A stretch of DNA of 64,000 nucleotides from a virus, in IMG/VR virus record IMGVR_UViG_3300024262_000018, positions 1-64,000 of that record; one strand, 5' to 3'. The notes under the pieces were generated by a model, which made no database searches, was not told the DNA's origin, and saw only the letters and a list, made by a program, of their open reading frames with translations. Every line of letters begins with the position of its first letter. Positions within the stretch are counted from its first letter, which is position 1. Below, one piece after another: positions 49,773-58,396 of this stretch. A program made the position numbers and the translations under genes.

Positions 49773-50112
49773 CGAATCAATGACGCTTAAAAAACTAAAA
49801 GAAATTATAAAATGGGAAACTGATCGACTTACTAAGGCTCGTCCTGGCTCAAAACGAGATCATATTTTTTGGGCAACATTAAAAATTTCAGAAGAAGTTG
49901 GAGAAGTTGTCGAGCAGGTTTTAGCCTCAGAAGGTTTTCAAAGACAACCCAAATTAGATGCTTACAAAAAGGAACATCTTAAACACGAAATTGCTGATGT
50001 TCTTTTAGTCACAATGATTTTAGCAGAACGCTTGGGAATCGATATAGAAGAAGCATTAAAAGAGAAGATAGAGATAGTAGAAAAAAGGACATACGAAGAA
50101 TATAATACATAG
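49762..50112 (+). CDS. MazG-like NTP pyrophosphohydrolase
   Basis: KISEEVGEV...HEIADVL...LAERLGIDIEEAL. Confidence 0.88.
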   Translation: MKNDESMTLKKLKEIIKWETDRLTKARPGSKRDHIFWATLKISEEVGEVVEQVLASEGFQRQPKLDAYKKEHLKHEIADVLLVTMILAERLGIDIEEALKEKIEIVEKRTYEEYNT

Positions 50113-50209
50113 GATCAACACTATTTTTACAGAATATTAAATTATGAATATATACATAAAACACATTCTCCCCTTCCTTTGAGTTAGTTCAACTTAAAGG
50201 AGACACAAT

Positions 50210-50650
50210 ATGGGAAGTTTTAGGCACCCAAGGACTCAACAAGAAAAAAGGCAGAATCAGAATTGCGAATATTGTCGTCCTGCACGAAGACCTCATAATC
50301 TGATAGACGCTTGGGATGATGATCGTAAACATACTGACAAATGTTGGAAGAACTACAGAAAAACTCAATATAAAGTAAAAGCCCTTCCTAAAAAGAAAAA
50401 GAATAGTTCTTCTTTCGCAAAATCTATGGAGAATAAAGATCATTGGCATTTAAATCACAGATGCCAATATTGGTGTCATCGTCGTTTTTACGAAAATAAA
50501 TGCAAAGGCTGTGAAGATAGAGAATTGAATAGAAAAGAATATGAGCAAAGAGAGTTTAAAAAATTGCAGGCTCAATATGCGTTAGAACAAAAAGAGCGTC
50601 AACGAGAATGGAATAAAGAGTGTTACGAGTATTATTGGCATGGAAACTAA
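50210..50650 (+). CDS. basic hypothetical protein (RHPRT..E.R / AWDD / WK..RK.Q family)
   Basis: motifs visible; SD inside a hairpin. Confidence 0.65.
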   Translation: MGSFRHPRTQQEKRQNQNCEYCRPARRPHNLIDAWDDDRKHTDKCWKNYRKTQYKVKALPKKKKNSSSFAKSMENKDHWHLNHRCQYWCHRRFYENKCKGCEDRELNRKEYEQREFKKLQAQYALEQKERQREWNKECYEYYWHGN

Positions 50651-50978
50651 AAAACAAAAACTGAAAGAATTAAGAAGATTATTTAGAGAACAAGTTCTTA
50701 AAAGGGACAATAACCAATGCGCATTTTGCGATTGCAAAGAAGATCTTGATGCTCATCATATAACAAATAGAAATTATATGCCCATGTATGGATATGTAAT
50801 CTCAAATGGGATAACATTGTGTAATGCTCATCATGCGTTAGCAGAACATTATTCTAGAGCAATTCTTAAAGAAAGTATGGAAGAGTTTTCGCCAGAGAAC
50901 TTATATAAAATAATTGATTCCTCGTATGACAAAGCATTATCAGATTGCGTAAAATTAGAAGAAGGAATTATAGGGTAA
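50640..50978 (+). CDS. small HNH nuclease
   Basis: RDNNQCAFC...DAHHI...NGITLCNAHH. Confidence 0.85.
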   Translation: METKKQKLKELRRLFREQVLKRDNNQCAFCDCKEDLDAHHITNRNYMPMYGYVISNGITLCNAHHALAEHYSRAILKESMEEFSPENLYKIIDSSYDKALSDCVKLEEGIIG

Positions 50979-50984
50979 TAAATT

Positions 50985-51055
50985 GGGCTCATAGTGTAGC
51001 AGTAGCACGAAACACTTTGAATGTTTTAGCTCCGGTGCAAATCCGGGTGAGCCTG
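50985..51055 (+). tRNA. tRNA-Gln(TTG), short variable loop
   Basis: GGGCTCA/TGAGCCT, AAACA-CTTTGAA-TGTTT. Confidence 0.88.
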
Positions 51056-51066
51056 TTAATGTGACT

Positions 51067-51105
51067 AGGGCAGTAGCTTAGTTGGTGGTAGAACACGGCT
51101 TTGAA
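51067..51105 (+). pseudogene. 5' fragment of a split tRNA
   Basis: AGGGCAG-TAGCTTAGTTGGTGGTAGAAC...CTTTGAA; complement CTGCCCT at 52533-52539. Confidence 0.7.
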
Positions 51106-51114
51106 TATATAAAA

Positions 51115-51486
51115 ATGAAAATACATCCAACTAAAATAACTGAATATCCATATTGGCAGGAAGACTCACCAGAAAAAACGATGAGTGCTTCATACTCAGG
51201 ATACTATAGCATTTGGCCCGACAATGAATATAACGACTGTTCGTTTATTTCTAGTGGATTCAATTTCTCTGGTAATATTGTTATAGCCCTTCGACCAGGT
51301 GGGAATCAAACAGACGGTGATGTTTTTGTAATTTGTAATGGTGACAAATGGGAATCCCCCTCTGGCTATCATCTATCTCATTTTAAGATTTCTGGGGAAA
51401 GATTAAATGCAGACATGTTAGCTCAAAATAGCGGATGTACATATGAATATATACGAAAGACAATAGAAAAAATAATCTGCAAATAA
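51115..51486 (+). CDS. hypothetical protein inside the split tRNA
   Basis: probable start MKIHPT. Confidence 0.6.
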   Translation: MKIHPTKITEYPYWQEDSPEKTMSASYSGYYSIWPDNEYNDCSFISSGFNFSGNIVIALRPGGNQTDGDVFVICNGDKWESPSGYHLSHFKISGERLNADMLAQNSGCTYEYIRKTIEKIICK

Positions 51487-51490
51487 ATAT

Positions 51491-51573
51491 AGAGTGGTAG
51501 AATAATTGGTAATTCACTGGACTTTGAATCCAGGTCCGAAAGGATAATGAAGGTTCAAATCCTTCCCACTCTA
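51491..51573 (+). tRNA. tRNA with TTG (Gln) anticodon and long variable arm
   Basis: AGAGTGG/CCACTCT, CTGGA-CTTTGAA-TCCAG, V-arm GTCC-GAAA-GGAT, GAAGG-TTCAAAT-CCTTC. Confidence 0.88.
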
Positions 51574-51586
51574 TTATAATATTTAT

Positions 51587-51669
51587 AGAGCGATAGAGTA
51601 ATTGGCAACTCACCGGACTCTGACTCCGGACTCGTAAGGGTATTGAAGGTTCAAATCCTTCTCGCTCTG
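51587..51669 (+). tRNA. tRNA with CTG (Gln) anticodon and long variable arm
   Basis: AGAGCGA/TCGCTCT, CCGGA-CTCTGAC-TCCGG, V-arm ACTC-GTAA-GGGT. Confidence 0.88.
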
Positions 51670-51756
51670 TTAAACAAATATTTAGTTTCTTGAAGGAAAT
51701 AGCGTAAAGAGTTAGTATGTATTATCACGCTACGTTATTTGCTAAGGAATTATAAA

Positions 51757-52551
51757 ATGAGAAAAAGAACAAATCCCATCTGGAAAGTAGATATAAAAAA
51801 TTTTGTTAAAATAATTGACGAATCTAATACTATATCAGAAGTTGTAGACAAGATAGGAATAAAAGGTAGATATAGACAAACCTGTTGCAAAACGGTTGTC
51901 CGAAGAGCAGAAGTTGAAAAAATATCTTTAGACGGTTTACGAAAACGTTTTAAAAAATATAATAAGAACTTTTTAGCAAACATTAATAAAGAAAAAACGA
52001 TACCGCTTAAAAAAATACTTATTAATAATTCACACTACAACCGTGGGCATCTAAAAGACAGGCTAATAAAAAATAAAATACTTAAAAACGAATGTGCTAT
52101 TTGTAAACAAAAACCGAAATGGAACAATCAAATCCTCGTAATGGTTCTAGATCACATTAATGGCGTAAAAAATGACAATAGGTTAAACAACCTTAGACTA
52201 TTATGTCCCAATTGCAATAGTCAACAATCTACATTTGCAGGACGAAATATTAAAAAACAACGAAAATTAAAAAAGTCAGAAATAAACCCAGAATGGAGAA
52301 ACGCATGCCGCCCAAAAACCCGAAAAGTTAAAAGACCAGATAAAGAAGAATTACTTAAATTACTATGGGAAATACCAACCGCTCAACTCGCTAAAAGATA
52401 TGGAGTAACAGACAAGGCTATAGAAAAGTGGTCAAAAGCCTATGGTATAACAAAACCAGCAAGAGGTTATTGGGCGAAAAAAAGTAAAAGTGACAAAAAA
52501 TACAATAAGCTTACAATAGGTTCAAATCCTTCCTGCCCTGTTACAAAGTGA
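51757..52551 (+). CDS. HNH homing endonuclease with C-terminal HTH
   Basis: CAIC...LDHINGVKNDNRLNNLRLLCPNCNS; LAKRYGVT...PARGYWAK. Confidence 0.9.
   Translation: MRKRTNPIWKVDIKNFVKIIDESNTISEVVDKIGIKGRYRQTCCKTVVRRAEVEKISLDGLRKRFKKYNKNFLANINKEKTIPLKKILINNSHYNRGHLKDRLIKNKILKNECAICKQKPKWNNQILVMVLDHINGVKNDNRLNNLRLLCPNCNSQQSTFAGRNIKKQRKLKKSEINPEWRNACRPKTRKVKRPDKEELLKLLWEIPTAQLAKRYGVTDKAIEKWSKAYGITKPARGYWAKKSKSDKKYNKLTIGSNPSCPVTK
52518..52540 (+). pseudogene. 3' fragment of the split tRNA
   Basis: AGGTTCAAATCCTTCCTGCCCTG: T loop plus acceptor strand complementary to 51067-51073. Confidence 0.7.
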
Positions 52552-52602
52552 AGCATTTTGATCTATAATATGATAACTAGCGTATCGAAGAAGGGAAAAA
52601 CT

Positions 52603-52986
52603 ATGAATAAAGATTACGTTGCTAAAGCTAAACACCTTGCTCAGAAGATCCAGGACGACAAACAAAAAATGCGTGAGGATAGTATTAAAGACACCAAAAA
52701 GTTTGTCGCAGCTACGACTAAAATGAGGGACAAAGTGAAAGCAGCCCTGATGCCATTTGACAATCTCCCATTAAATAGCGGAAAATTGCATATCGTATCG
52801 GATGAGATATTGAATATTCAACTTATCCAACGTAAACCGAATGAGAAAGACATAGAACTGCTCAGTCTTGGTATATATCCTAATGAAATCGTATTTGCCT
52901 ATCCGGCACATTGGAATTATAACACGTACAGGTCTATAAATGAGTTGTTAGACTTTATAGCGAAGTTCGTTTCCAAACGCTTATAA
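52603..52986 (+). CDS. hypothetical protein
   Basis: probable start MNKDYV. Confidence 0.6.
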   Translation: MNKDYVAKAKHLAQKIQDDKQKMREDSIKDTKKFVAATTKMRDKVKAALMPFDNLPLNSGKLHIVSDEILNIQLIQRKPNEKDIELLSLGIYPNEIVFAYPAHWNYNTYRSINELLDFIAKFVSKRL

Positions 52987-53016
52987 AACCCTATACCACC
53001 ATATTAGGAGAAATGA

Positions 53017-53553
53017 ATGTTGAAGATCAACGCTTGTAGTACAACTGATGAATTTGTTTTCTTTTGGGACAGTCTTTTCAGCCAGTGGTATTCTTGTGAA
53101 TTTACAGATTATACCGACAAGACAGAATATGTCTCGGCAGAACAATATATGATGCGACAAAAAGCCCTTTTATTCGGAGATGAAGAAATAGCAGAAAAAA
53201 TCATGTCTGCTAAGTCTCCCTATATATGCAAGTCTTTAGGCAAACAAGTCAAAAACTTTTCTAATGAAAAATGGATTGCAAATAGGATGTCAATCGTAAC
53301 ACAAGGTAATTATCTAAAATTTTCTCAGGATTTAGATCTTAAGAATACTTTAACGTCTACCGGAGATAGAATTCTTGTTGAGGCTAGCCCTAAAGATAAA
53401 ATATGGGGAATAGGACTAGATCGAAACGATTCTGCCGATACCATAGAAGATGTCTCAAGTTGGCAAGGATTAAATCTTTTAGGAATATGCCTCATGAACG
53501 TAAGAAGTCATTTCAAACTTATAGATAACGTTTTTGATGCCTGGAGAAATTAA
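53017..53553 (+). CDS. NADAR family protein
   Basis: FSQWY, SAEQYMM..KALLFGD, KFSQ, LVEASPKDKIWGIG, GLNLLG..LMNVR. Confidence 0.92.
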   Translation: MLKINACSTTDEFVFFWDSLFSQWYSCEFTDYTDKTEYVSAEQYMMRQKALLFGDEEIAEKIMSAKSPYICKSLGKQVKNFSNEKWIANRMSIVTQGNYLKFSQDLDLKNTLTSTGDRILVEASPKDKIWGIGLDRNDSADTIEDVSSWQGLNLLGICLMNVRSHFKLIDNVFDAWRN

Positions 53554-53556
53554 TAA

Positions 53557-54093
53557 ATGAGAGATAGTTGTCTTAATTGCGTAAGAAAACATTTATCAGT
53601 GGCTCATGTTTTGACGTTTGAAAAAACATTTCAAGGAATAGATCTATTAACCCATATCGGTCAAGCAGAAGTTCTGTTTGACGAATTTCTGACAGGCGAT
53701 TATGATGTCCATTTTTGGCTATCCGTTGGTCATCTTGCGCGAATTGAAAATTATTTATATAGTAATCATAAAATTAAAAACTTTATACAATTAGCAGACA
53801 CTATTCGTAAAGAAAGGGTTATGGCTATTGAGAATGCAGATTACAGACCTGATTTTTTATTATTAGGCAAGAATATCAGGAAACTCGTTAAAAATCTAAA
53901 TATCCAGGATATTGACTACGAATGCGGAATTAAAGGTAATATTCTTGAGGCCGTTGAGGAGACTATAAAAGAGTATCCTAAATTATCAAAGAAAATATTC
54001 GCGGAGTATTCAAAAGCGATGGAACAGAAGCAAGGTTGGGAACAAATAGATTTTCTAGAACTGATAGAAATAGCTACAGTGTTAGAAGAATAA
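53557..54093 (+). CDS. hypothetical protein
   Basis: MRDSCLNCVRKHL N-terminus. Confidence 0.7.
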   Translation: MRDSCLNCVRKHLSVAHVLTFEKTFQGIDLLTHIGQAEVLFDEFLTGDYDVHFWLSVGHLARIENYLYSNHKIKNFIQLADTIRKERVMAIENADYRPDFLLLGKNIRKLVKNLNIQDIDYECGIKGNILEAVEETIKEYPKLSKKIFAEYSKAMEQKQGWEQIDFLELIEIATVLEE

Positions 54094-54187
54094 GTATTTA
54101 ATCCGCATAATCTGGTATTCTCTTCAAACTCACCATTTTGCCCTTTTTAATTTATAAAGGTTAAAGAGAGGGATTGTATAATTAATA

Positions 54188-54664
54188 GTGAGTTTATACT
54201 GGAGTTATAAAATGGATAAAAGCGTTTGGAAAATAACAGTTCAGAAATGCGATCTATTATTAGAGAACACTGAAGGGAACCAGATAGTTTCTATTGGTAT
54301 TATTAACCGCCTAGAATCATCGATGGTGAATAAGGGGTTTGTTCGTTTAGATAGATTGCCGGAAGAATGGTGCGAGATTTATGGAATGACAAGATTTGAA
54401 GGACAGATCACGACGCTCAGAAATGTTAAGGACTTTTGGGGAAAAGTATTTCCAATATTATTTTCACTAGCAGATGGACACCCTTTACTATGGCAGTGTT
54501 CAGCCAAACACGCTAGATTTTATAAACTTTCCTTTAGCAGGCAAAATGTATATAAATTCTCTTTTGTGGCCGGAAGTCTAGCCGGTCAAGATCCGATTGA
54601 CGATTATAATAGCCTTACAGGCGGCAGCATTGACGAACAAATAGTTATGCTGGAATTAGCATAA
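54188..54664 (+). CDS. hypothetical protein
   Basis: 158 aa; start may be MDKSVW. Confidence 0.6.
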   Translation: MSLYWSYKMDKSVWKITVQKCDLLLENTEGNQIVSIGIINRLESSMVNKGFVRLDRLPEEWCEIYGMTRFEGQITTLRNVKDFWGKVFPILFSLADGHPLLWQCSAKHARFYKLSFSRQNVYKFSFVAGSLAGQDPIDDYNSLTGGSIDEQIVMLELA

Positions 54665-54726
54665 TCTAAATAAAATCTATAACTTTGTGGCATCATTTCT
54701 CGATAATCTGTATATAACTCTTATAT

Positions 54727-55485
54727 ATGGAGATTAACATGCAGAATAATAGCTCTTTAGTGAGTACTTTAACCCTTGAAAATGCAAAACTTGCCACAAA
54801 AGAAATTATAGATACCTTTATTAATGAAGGTACTGAAGAGAATATAGAAATAGATTATAAGATAACCTTTGGTGTAGCTTCGAGTTGCGAAACGAATACT
54901 GCATTTAAATTCAATTTTAAAGAGAATAGTTTTTTATTCCAACTTGCTTCTTTAGCCTCGACAATCGAGGAATTATCTAGCGAAGAGCATGACGCCCTTT
55001 TAGCATTTGAGAAAATGGTAATTAAAGAAATTGAAGATCATCATTTTAATACAATAAAAGCCAAACTGAGGGAATTCACTCCCTTGGATCATGAGAAGAT
55101 GTCAAAAATAAACCCTTTTACTAGGCAAAAAATATTAGAAACGATTTTTCCAATGACGAATTCTAAAGTCATCTCTTGTCTTTTTAATTTACTATTTGTT
55201 CCTGATGGTGACGATGGTTACATTTTAATGGTAAATAAAAATTCTCCCAAGCCAGGACTCTCTACGACTTCCGTATCTAATGATTTAATTAAAAGGCACT
55301 CTGAAACTGGAAAGAATTTCGATGAAATCATTAAAGACAGAAAAGCGGCTGAGGACGATCAATATAAATATGTAGTAAGTGTAACAAAAAAATATTATGA
55401 ATACCAATGTCAATTATCGCTGCATGTGGACTATTCTCCAGCTCCAAAAGAAGAAGTAGACGCAAAAATGAAAGACATTATTTGA
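54727..55485 (+). CDS. hypothetical protein
   Basis: 252 aa. Confidence 0.7.
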   Translation: MEINMQNNSSLVSTLTLENAKLATKEIIDTFINEGTEENIEIDYKITFGVASSCETNTAFKFNFKENSFLFQLASLASTIEELSSEEHDALLAFEKMVIKEIEDHHFNTIKAKLREFTPLDHEKMSKINPFTRQKILETIFPMTNSKVISCLFNLLFVPDGDDGYILMVNKNSPKPGLSTTSVSNDLIKRHSETGKNFDEIIKDRKAAEDDQYKYVVSVTKKYYEYQCQLSLHVDYSPAPKEEVDAKMKDII

Positions 55486-55500
55486 GGATGAAAGAAAAAA

Positions 55501-56121
55501 ATGGTTGAACCAACAATATGCACCGATTACCGTCGAACGACTGCCGAATTAGAAGAGTTTTTATTATTTAGTATCTCTGTAGCTGGAAAAACCGCGAGCC
55601 AGATATCTACAGCACTAGAGCGTTTTTTTAATTTTGCAGATCAAATTATAATGCAACAGGTAAAAACTTATGATGTAAAAATCCTCATGACAGAAAAAAA
55701 CAAATATAATACACCTTTTAAGGCTATAAAAAGATTGATAGAAATTGAGGAATTAGAAAATACAATTAAAATAAGTAGTCTTGGGCAGCACAATAAATTA
55801 AAAAAATCTTTTACTGAGTTGGTTAAAAGTAACTTGGACTTGAAGAATTGCACAGTAGATGAATTAGAAAAGATCCACGGCATTGGTCCTAAAACATCTA
55901 GATTTTTCATATTACACACAAGACCTAAGCAAAAATTAGCGGTTCTAGATACTCATATTCTAAAATATATTAAACAATACATTGCAGATACCCCAAAAAC
56001 AACACCTTCGAAAAAAAGATATAATGAATTAGAACAATGGTTTATTAAACACTGTGAAACTTTAAAAGTGGATATTGCAGAATATGACTTACAAATATGG
56101 AATAGTTATGCCAGAAAATAA
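55501..56121 (+). CDS. HhH-GPD superfamily DNA glycosylase-like protein (Ogg-like)
   Basis: LEKIHGIGPKTSRFF (HhH with Lys), LAVLDTHIL, YDLQIW. Confidence 0.8.
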   Translation: MVEPTICTDYRRTTAELEEFLLFSISVAGKTASQISTALERFFNFADQIIMQQVKTYDVKILMTEKNKYNTPFKAIKRLIEIEELENTIKISSLGQHNKLKKSFTELVKSNLDLKNCTVDELEKIHGIGPKTSRFFILHTRPKQKLAVLDTHILKYIKQYIADTPKTTPSKKRYNELEQWFIKHCETLKVDIAEYDLQIWNSYARK

Positions 56122-57466
56122 CACAAAATTGAACAGATCTAGGGGAGCTTTTCTCGGTCCAAAAGTTTTAGACACGGCAGGAATAATGAAAAAACAAAAA
56201 AAATCACCAGAAAAAGAAACAGAAATTAAAAAAGTCGAGCCAAAACCGATAGCGGAATTAGCTTCTAAAGAGGCTACTGAGCCAATACCTAAGAAAATAG
56301 GTAGACAGACGCCTTCCATAGACAAACTACCCAACGATACCTATCCAGAGGCTCCTGGTGGCGGTGTAAGAGATGGAGCGGATCAAAGTGCTTTTAGACA
56401 TAACAGAATGCGTGATGTCGGATTTAAAATCGGGAAATACATACAAACGCCACCATTATTATTTACTAGAGACGGCCACTCTCTTTATCTAGGAGATATA
56501 TTCCGTGGGGCGTCTGCCTTCCTAATTGCAGGAGGGCCATCTTTTAAAAATATAGATGTTGAGAAATTATCTTCTGCAGGATTTCTTACTTTCGGTCTAA
56601 ATAATTCTGCAAAAAGTTTTAGACCTAACTTGTGGACATGTGTTGACGATCCAACCCACTTTATCAAATCTGTTTGGTTAGACCCTAAGATTATGAAATT
56701 TGCTCCAATGGCCCACGCTGATAAAAAAATATTTGATAATGAAGCATGGAAAGAAATGGATATGACTGTTGGAGATTGTCCTAATGTGCTTTATTACAGA
56801 CGTAATGAAGACTTTAAGGCCGACCAATATCTCTTCGAAGATACTGTTAATTGGGGAAACCATACCAAACTTGGTGGAGGAAGGTCTGTGATGCTTGCGG
56901 CATTACGCTTATCTTTCTATCTTGGCATTAGAAAAGTTTTCTTGTTGGGAGTAGATTTCGACATGAACGAGAATAATAAATATCATTTTGAACAGGAAAG
57001 AACAGATAAATCTATAAAAAATAATAACGATACATATGATCTGCTAAAATCGAGATTTAAACAACTAAAACCGATATTCGAAGAAAATGATTTTCAGGTG
57101 TTTAATTGCAATCCGGAATCAGGATTAAAAGTTTTTGATTTTATATCTTTTGAAGACGCAATTAAATCGGCCACAAAGATGATGCCAAAAAATTTGGAAA
57201 CAGAAAGAACAGCCGGGTTATATGATCGAGGAGCCTCTAGTAAAAAAGAAAAAGAAAAAAACAAAATCAAAAAAGAGCTAGACATCGCTAGAGAAATATT
57301 AAATAAAGCAAAAGAAAAACTACAAAATACAGACGTGGATAAAATATCCGCCGAAGAACATAAAAAATTAGAACAAGAGATTGTAGATAAAAGACGCGTT
57401 TTTAGAACAATAGAAAGAAAAAAGAATAAAATTTGGTATGGATCTCCAGAAAGGCCAACAGATTAA
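56108..57466 (+). CDS. DUF115/Maf-like transferase domain protein
   Basis: LIAGGPS, GLNN, WTCVD, YLGIRKVFLLGVDF, VFNCNPES. Confidence 0.7.
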   Translation: MPENNTKLNRSRGAFLGPKVLDTAGIMKKQKKSPEKETEIKKVEPKPIAELASKEATEPIPKKIGRQTPSIDKLPNDTYPEAPGGGVRDGADQSAFRHNRMRDVGFKIGKYIQTPPLLFTRDGHSLYLGDIFRGASAFLIAGGPSFKNIDVEKLSSAGFLTFGLNNSAKSFRPNLWTCVDDPTHFIKSVWLDPKIMKFAPMAHADKKIFDNEAWKEMDMTVGDCPNVLYYRRNEDFKADQYLFEDTVNWGNHTKLGGGRSVMLAALRLSFYLGIRKVFLLGVDFDMNENNKYHFEQERTDKSIKNNNDTYDLLKSRFKQLKPIFEENDFQVFNCNPESGLKVFDFISFEDAIKSATKMMPKNLETERTAGLYDRGASSKKEKEKNKIKKELDIAREILNKAKEKLQNTDVDKISAEEHKKLEQEIVDKRRVFRTIERKKNKIWYGSPERPTD

Positions 57467-57469
57467 AAC

Positions 57470-58396
57470 ATGAATAAACAAATAAATTTGAATAAAAAAA
57501 ACACAGGAGTACTTTTCTTTAATTTCGGATCTAGTTGCGCTATGCGTTTAACTATATGCATGTATACTTTAAGAAAATACTATAATGGAAATGCTGTACT
57601 TCTATTACAGCAAAATGAAGAGCATACAGACAGAATTAAAGAAAAGGCAGAACAAATAGGTATAGATGTTGAACTTGTAAATCTGGACAGGATTTGTGAT
57701 AGAAACTTTAAAAGTGTTCTAGCTCCAAAGGTTCTAAAAATCAGCCCCTACGAAGCGTCTGTTCAAATAGATGCCGATGCTTCATTCCGAGCGAGTCCAC
57801 GACCTATATTAGATAGATGTTATGACTATGGCGTTCTAGTCTCACATTTCTGTGATTGGATGTCGAATGGAAGTATAATGAAGAATAGAATATCGAGTTT
57901 TGCAGACGTTATCTCTCAAGAAGATCTATTTGGGTCGTTAAATCGTCGTCCTGCTATAAATTGTGGCGTTGTGGGTTATAGACATGGAATTGGAGATGAT
58001 TTCCAAAAAGAATGGGACGACTTAACTAATAAAACAGCAGGAAGATTTATTGCAGAAGAAATAGCATGTCAATGTGTTTTTTGGAAACATCCCCACTACC
58101 TAGCTCCATCAGAGTGGAATGCTTCAGTTGTGTGGGGGGATTTAGATTCTGCTAAAATTATTCATTATCATGGTCACAAACACACATCCCTTAAAAGACG
58201 GAATAGCCGATATTGGTGGGCCGAAGTAGGTTGGGCAATAGAAGATGGAATTTTAGATTTTGAAGAAGTTAAGTTCTGGTCACAATTTGATAAAAATGCA
58301 AAAAAAGTTATAGCAGAACAGGATTTTGCTCATATAGAGAAAGCAAAAATAGAATTCGGTCATCTCAGAAAACAAAAGGAACTAACATATGGATAA
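57470..58396 (+). CDS. GT8-like glycosyltransferase
   Basis: QIDAD, INCGVV, EWN, IIHYHG. Confidence 0.75.
   Translation: MNKQINLNKKNTGVLFFNFGSSCAMRLTICMYTLRKYYNGNAVLLLQQNEEHTDRIKEKAEQIGIDVELVNLDRICDRNFKSVLAPKVLKISPYEASVQIDADASFRASPRPILDRCYDYGVLVSHFCDWMSNGSIMKNRISSFADVISQEDLFGSLNRRPAINCGVVGYRHGIGDDFQKEWDDLTNKTAGRFIAEEIACQCVFWKHPHYLAPSEWNASVVWGDLDSAKIIHYHGHKHTSLKRRNSRYWWAEVGWAIEDGILDFEEVKFWSQFDKNAKKVIAEQDFAHIEKAKIEFGHLRKQKELTYG

Noticed and set aside
51067-52540. self-splicing intron in a tRNA
   Set aside because: no group I/II core recognised, part of the tRNA is missing, and the insert is filled by ORFs and complete tRNAs
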